A DNA stretch of 64,000 nucleotides. Source: Sphyrna mokarran (taxonomy: Eukaryota). A program made the position numbers and the translations under genes. Shown here one piece after another: positions 61,700 through 64,000 of the stretch. Within the stretch, counting starts at the first letter, position 1. Each line of letters opens with the position of its first letter. The stretch is from NCBI GenBank assembly GCA_024679065.1, contig JAGIQG010000008.1:26226001-26290000 (forward strand), given 5' to 3'. The notes beneath the pieces were generated by a model. It was not told the DNA's origin. It searched no databases and saw nothing but the letters and a program-made list of their open reading frames with translations.

Positions 61700-62240
61700 C
61701 CCCCAAAATGAAACATCCTATCAGAACCTGTCCTGTCAAGTCGCCTCACAATCTTATATGTTTCAATAAGATCACCTCTTCTTCTTTGAAATTCCAATAA
61801 GTTTAGACTCAAACCTGTTCAGCTTTTCCCCATAAGACAATCTCTTTGTCCAGGAATCAACCTGGTGAACTTTTCTGAATCGCTTCCAAATCAAGTTCAT
61901 TCCTTTCTAAGTAAGGATGCCAGAATTGCACACAGTACTCCAGGTACGGGCTCAGAAATGCCCTATGCAGTTTTAGCCGGACTTTATACTTTTATACTCC
62001 ATTCCTTTGCAATAAAGACCACCCTCTCTTTTGCCTTCCTAATTTCTTGTTGCACCTGCATGCTTTTTTTGTGACTTATTTACAGGGAGAGCCAGATCCT
62101 TCAGTTCTGCAGTGTTTTACAGTATCTCATTATTTAAATTATATTTTGCTTTTCTCTTCTACTTGTCAAAGAGGACAGCCTGACATTTTCCCGCAATATA
62201 CTCCATGTGACAAATTTTTGCCCGCTCGCTTACGTTATGT
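61700..62240 (-). mobile_element. Old CR1 fragment
   Basis: Minus strand ..PYLEYCVQFWHPYLERN remnant. Confidence 0.7.
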
Positions 62241-62471
62241 ATATCCCTGGCAATGGGACCTTCAAGAAGGATAGGAACTGCTGGAGTAGCGGATCTCCGT
62301 GGATTATTACTACATCAGAGGTGTAGGAATATCCTTGCATTGGAATGCTGTTGTGCAATTTCCTTTGCTGGAGCCAGCAGAATGAATTCACTTGCGTTAA
62401 TGCTATTTGTGCCAGTCTGAATGCTACTGATCCCAATGAAATCCTGGAAAATTGCAAGAGAGTACCAGAGA

Positions 62472-62912
62472 ACATAGAATCCTACAGTGCAGAAGGAGGC
62501 CATTTGGCTCATCCAGTCTGTACCGACCACAATCCCCCCACACTATCCCTATAACTCCATGTATTTACCCTAGACATTAAGGGGCAATTTAGAAAACAGT
62601 TACATGGGTAAGATGGTTTAGAGGGATATGGGCCAAATGCAGGCAATTGGGACTAGCTTCGGGATTAAAAAAGACGGGAGGCATTGACAAATTGGGCTGA
62701 AGGGCCTGTTTCCATGCTCTATGATTCTAATTTATCATGGCCAATCGACCTAACTCGCATACATTTGGACTGTGAGGGGAAATTGGAGCACCCAAAGGAA
62801 ACCCATGCAGACACGGGAGAACGTGCAAACACCAGCAGGCAGTTATTCAAGGCCAGAACTGATCCCGAGCCCCTGGTGCTGTAAGGCTGCAGTGCTAACC
62901 ACTGTGCCATTG
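62472..62912 (-). mobile_element. HE1-like SINE (type A) with a plus-strand CR1 tail nested at ~62592-62728
   Basis: SINE tail and body run to GGGGCAATTTAG; the copy resumes at AATTTATCATGGCCAATC. Confidence 0.8.
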
Positions 62913-63184
62913 TCAGCAAGGAAGATGTAATTTTCTTAATATATTCCATTGCAAACTACCAGCATGAAATAAATTTGTTGCATCACAATCCTTAAAAATA
63001 GTAACTGATACTATGATTTGATATCATGCAAGTGCTATCTTAATATATAAACCACATAAATTATATTCCGGCTCTTTCTTTGTGTTCTGATCAACATGGA
63101 TGTGATCAACACTTGTTTTTTTCACATTTTGCATCAAATGTCTAGAATTTGCTTTCCCATTTCAATGTGAGTTAACCCATTTTG

Positions 63185-63946
63185 GAAGGTTCAATACAGA
63201 TTGGAAATATACAGTAAATGATAGAACCCTTATGAGTATTGACAGGCAGAGGGATCTGGGTGTACAGGTACACATATCACTGAAAATGGCAATGGAGGTG
63301 GAGAAGATAGTCAAGAAGGCTTATGACATGCACGCCTTCATTGGCCAGGGCATTGAGTTTAAAAATTGACAAGTGATGTTGCAACTTTATAGAACCTTAG
63401 TTAGGTTGCACTTGGAATATAGTGTTCAATTCTTGTCACCCACTACCAGAAGGATGTGGAGGCTTTGGAGAGGGTGCAGAAAAGATTTACCAGGAAGTTA
63501 CCTGGCATGGAGGGCATTAGCTCTGAGAAGAGGTTGGAGAAACTTGGTTTGTTCTCGCTGGAACAATGGAGGTTGAGGGGTATCCTGATAGAAGTCTACA
63601 ACATTATGAGGGGTATGGATAGTCAGAGCTTTTTCCCGGGGGTGGGGGGGGGAGTCAGTTCCTAGGGAGCATAGGTTTAAGGTGTGAGGGGAAAATCTAA
63701 AGGAGATATAAAGGAAATATACAGAGGGCAGTTGGTGCCTGGAACTTGCTACCTGGGGAGGTAGTGAAAGTAGGTACAGTAATGACTTTTAAGGGGCGAC
63801 TTGACAAATATATGAATAGGAAGGGAATAAAGGGATATGGTCCCTGAAAAGGAAGGGGGCTTTATACAATCAGGCAGCATGTTTGGTGCAGACTTGGAGG
63901 GCCAAAGGTCCCATTCCTGTGCTGTAATTTTCTTTGTTCTTTGTTC
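63185..63946 (+). mobile_element. CR1 LINE 3' fragment
   Basis: MLQLYRTLVRLHLEYSVQF and ALERVQKRFTRKLPGMEG; tail TGTGCTGTAATTTTCTTTGTTCTTTGTTCT. Confidence 0.9.
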
Positions 63947-64000
63947 TGAAGTTGGGAAATATAACTAGGAAATGAGGCAAGGGGACATCGCCAACTGTAA

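Overview
Eukaryotic, AT-rich, repeat-dense vertebrate DNA. The repeat complement (HE1-like V-SINEs, DeuSINE remnants, CR1, L2, Rex1/Babar-like, RTE and Penelope-like elements) points to an elasmobranch (shark) genome. Only one convincing host coding segment is visible: a + strand exon (11545-11775) encoding the N-terminal SR-x-x-x-R-x-x-LMR-x-Q ... VFK domain of a MiT/TFE bHLH-ZIP factor. Its divergence suggests TFEC, which is an inference. The next conserved exon (VQ-x-HLEN-P) was not found, so the remaining ~52 kb is probably one large intron. That intron holds several candidate alternative first exons or promoters and CNE-like blocks. Nearly all ORFs in the supplied track are spurious or retroelement fragments. 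The most notable observations are: (i) an APE-RT LINE that begins with a tRNA-derived Pol III head, together with SINE copies that are exactly this head plus the LINE tail; (ii) one SINE head and core joined to two different LINE-type tails; (iii) a young inverted CR1 pair, one copy fused in frame behind a SINE head; (iv) phase-0 candidate alternative first exons, one with PU.1 boxes; (v) several fold-back structures. Repeat boundaries were read by eye and are approximate (about +/-20 bp) unless a TSD or TIR is quoted.
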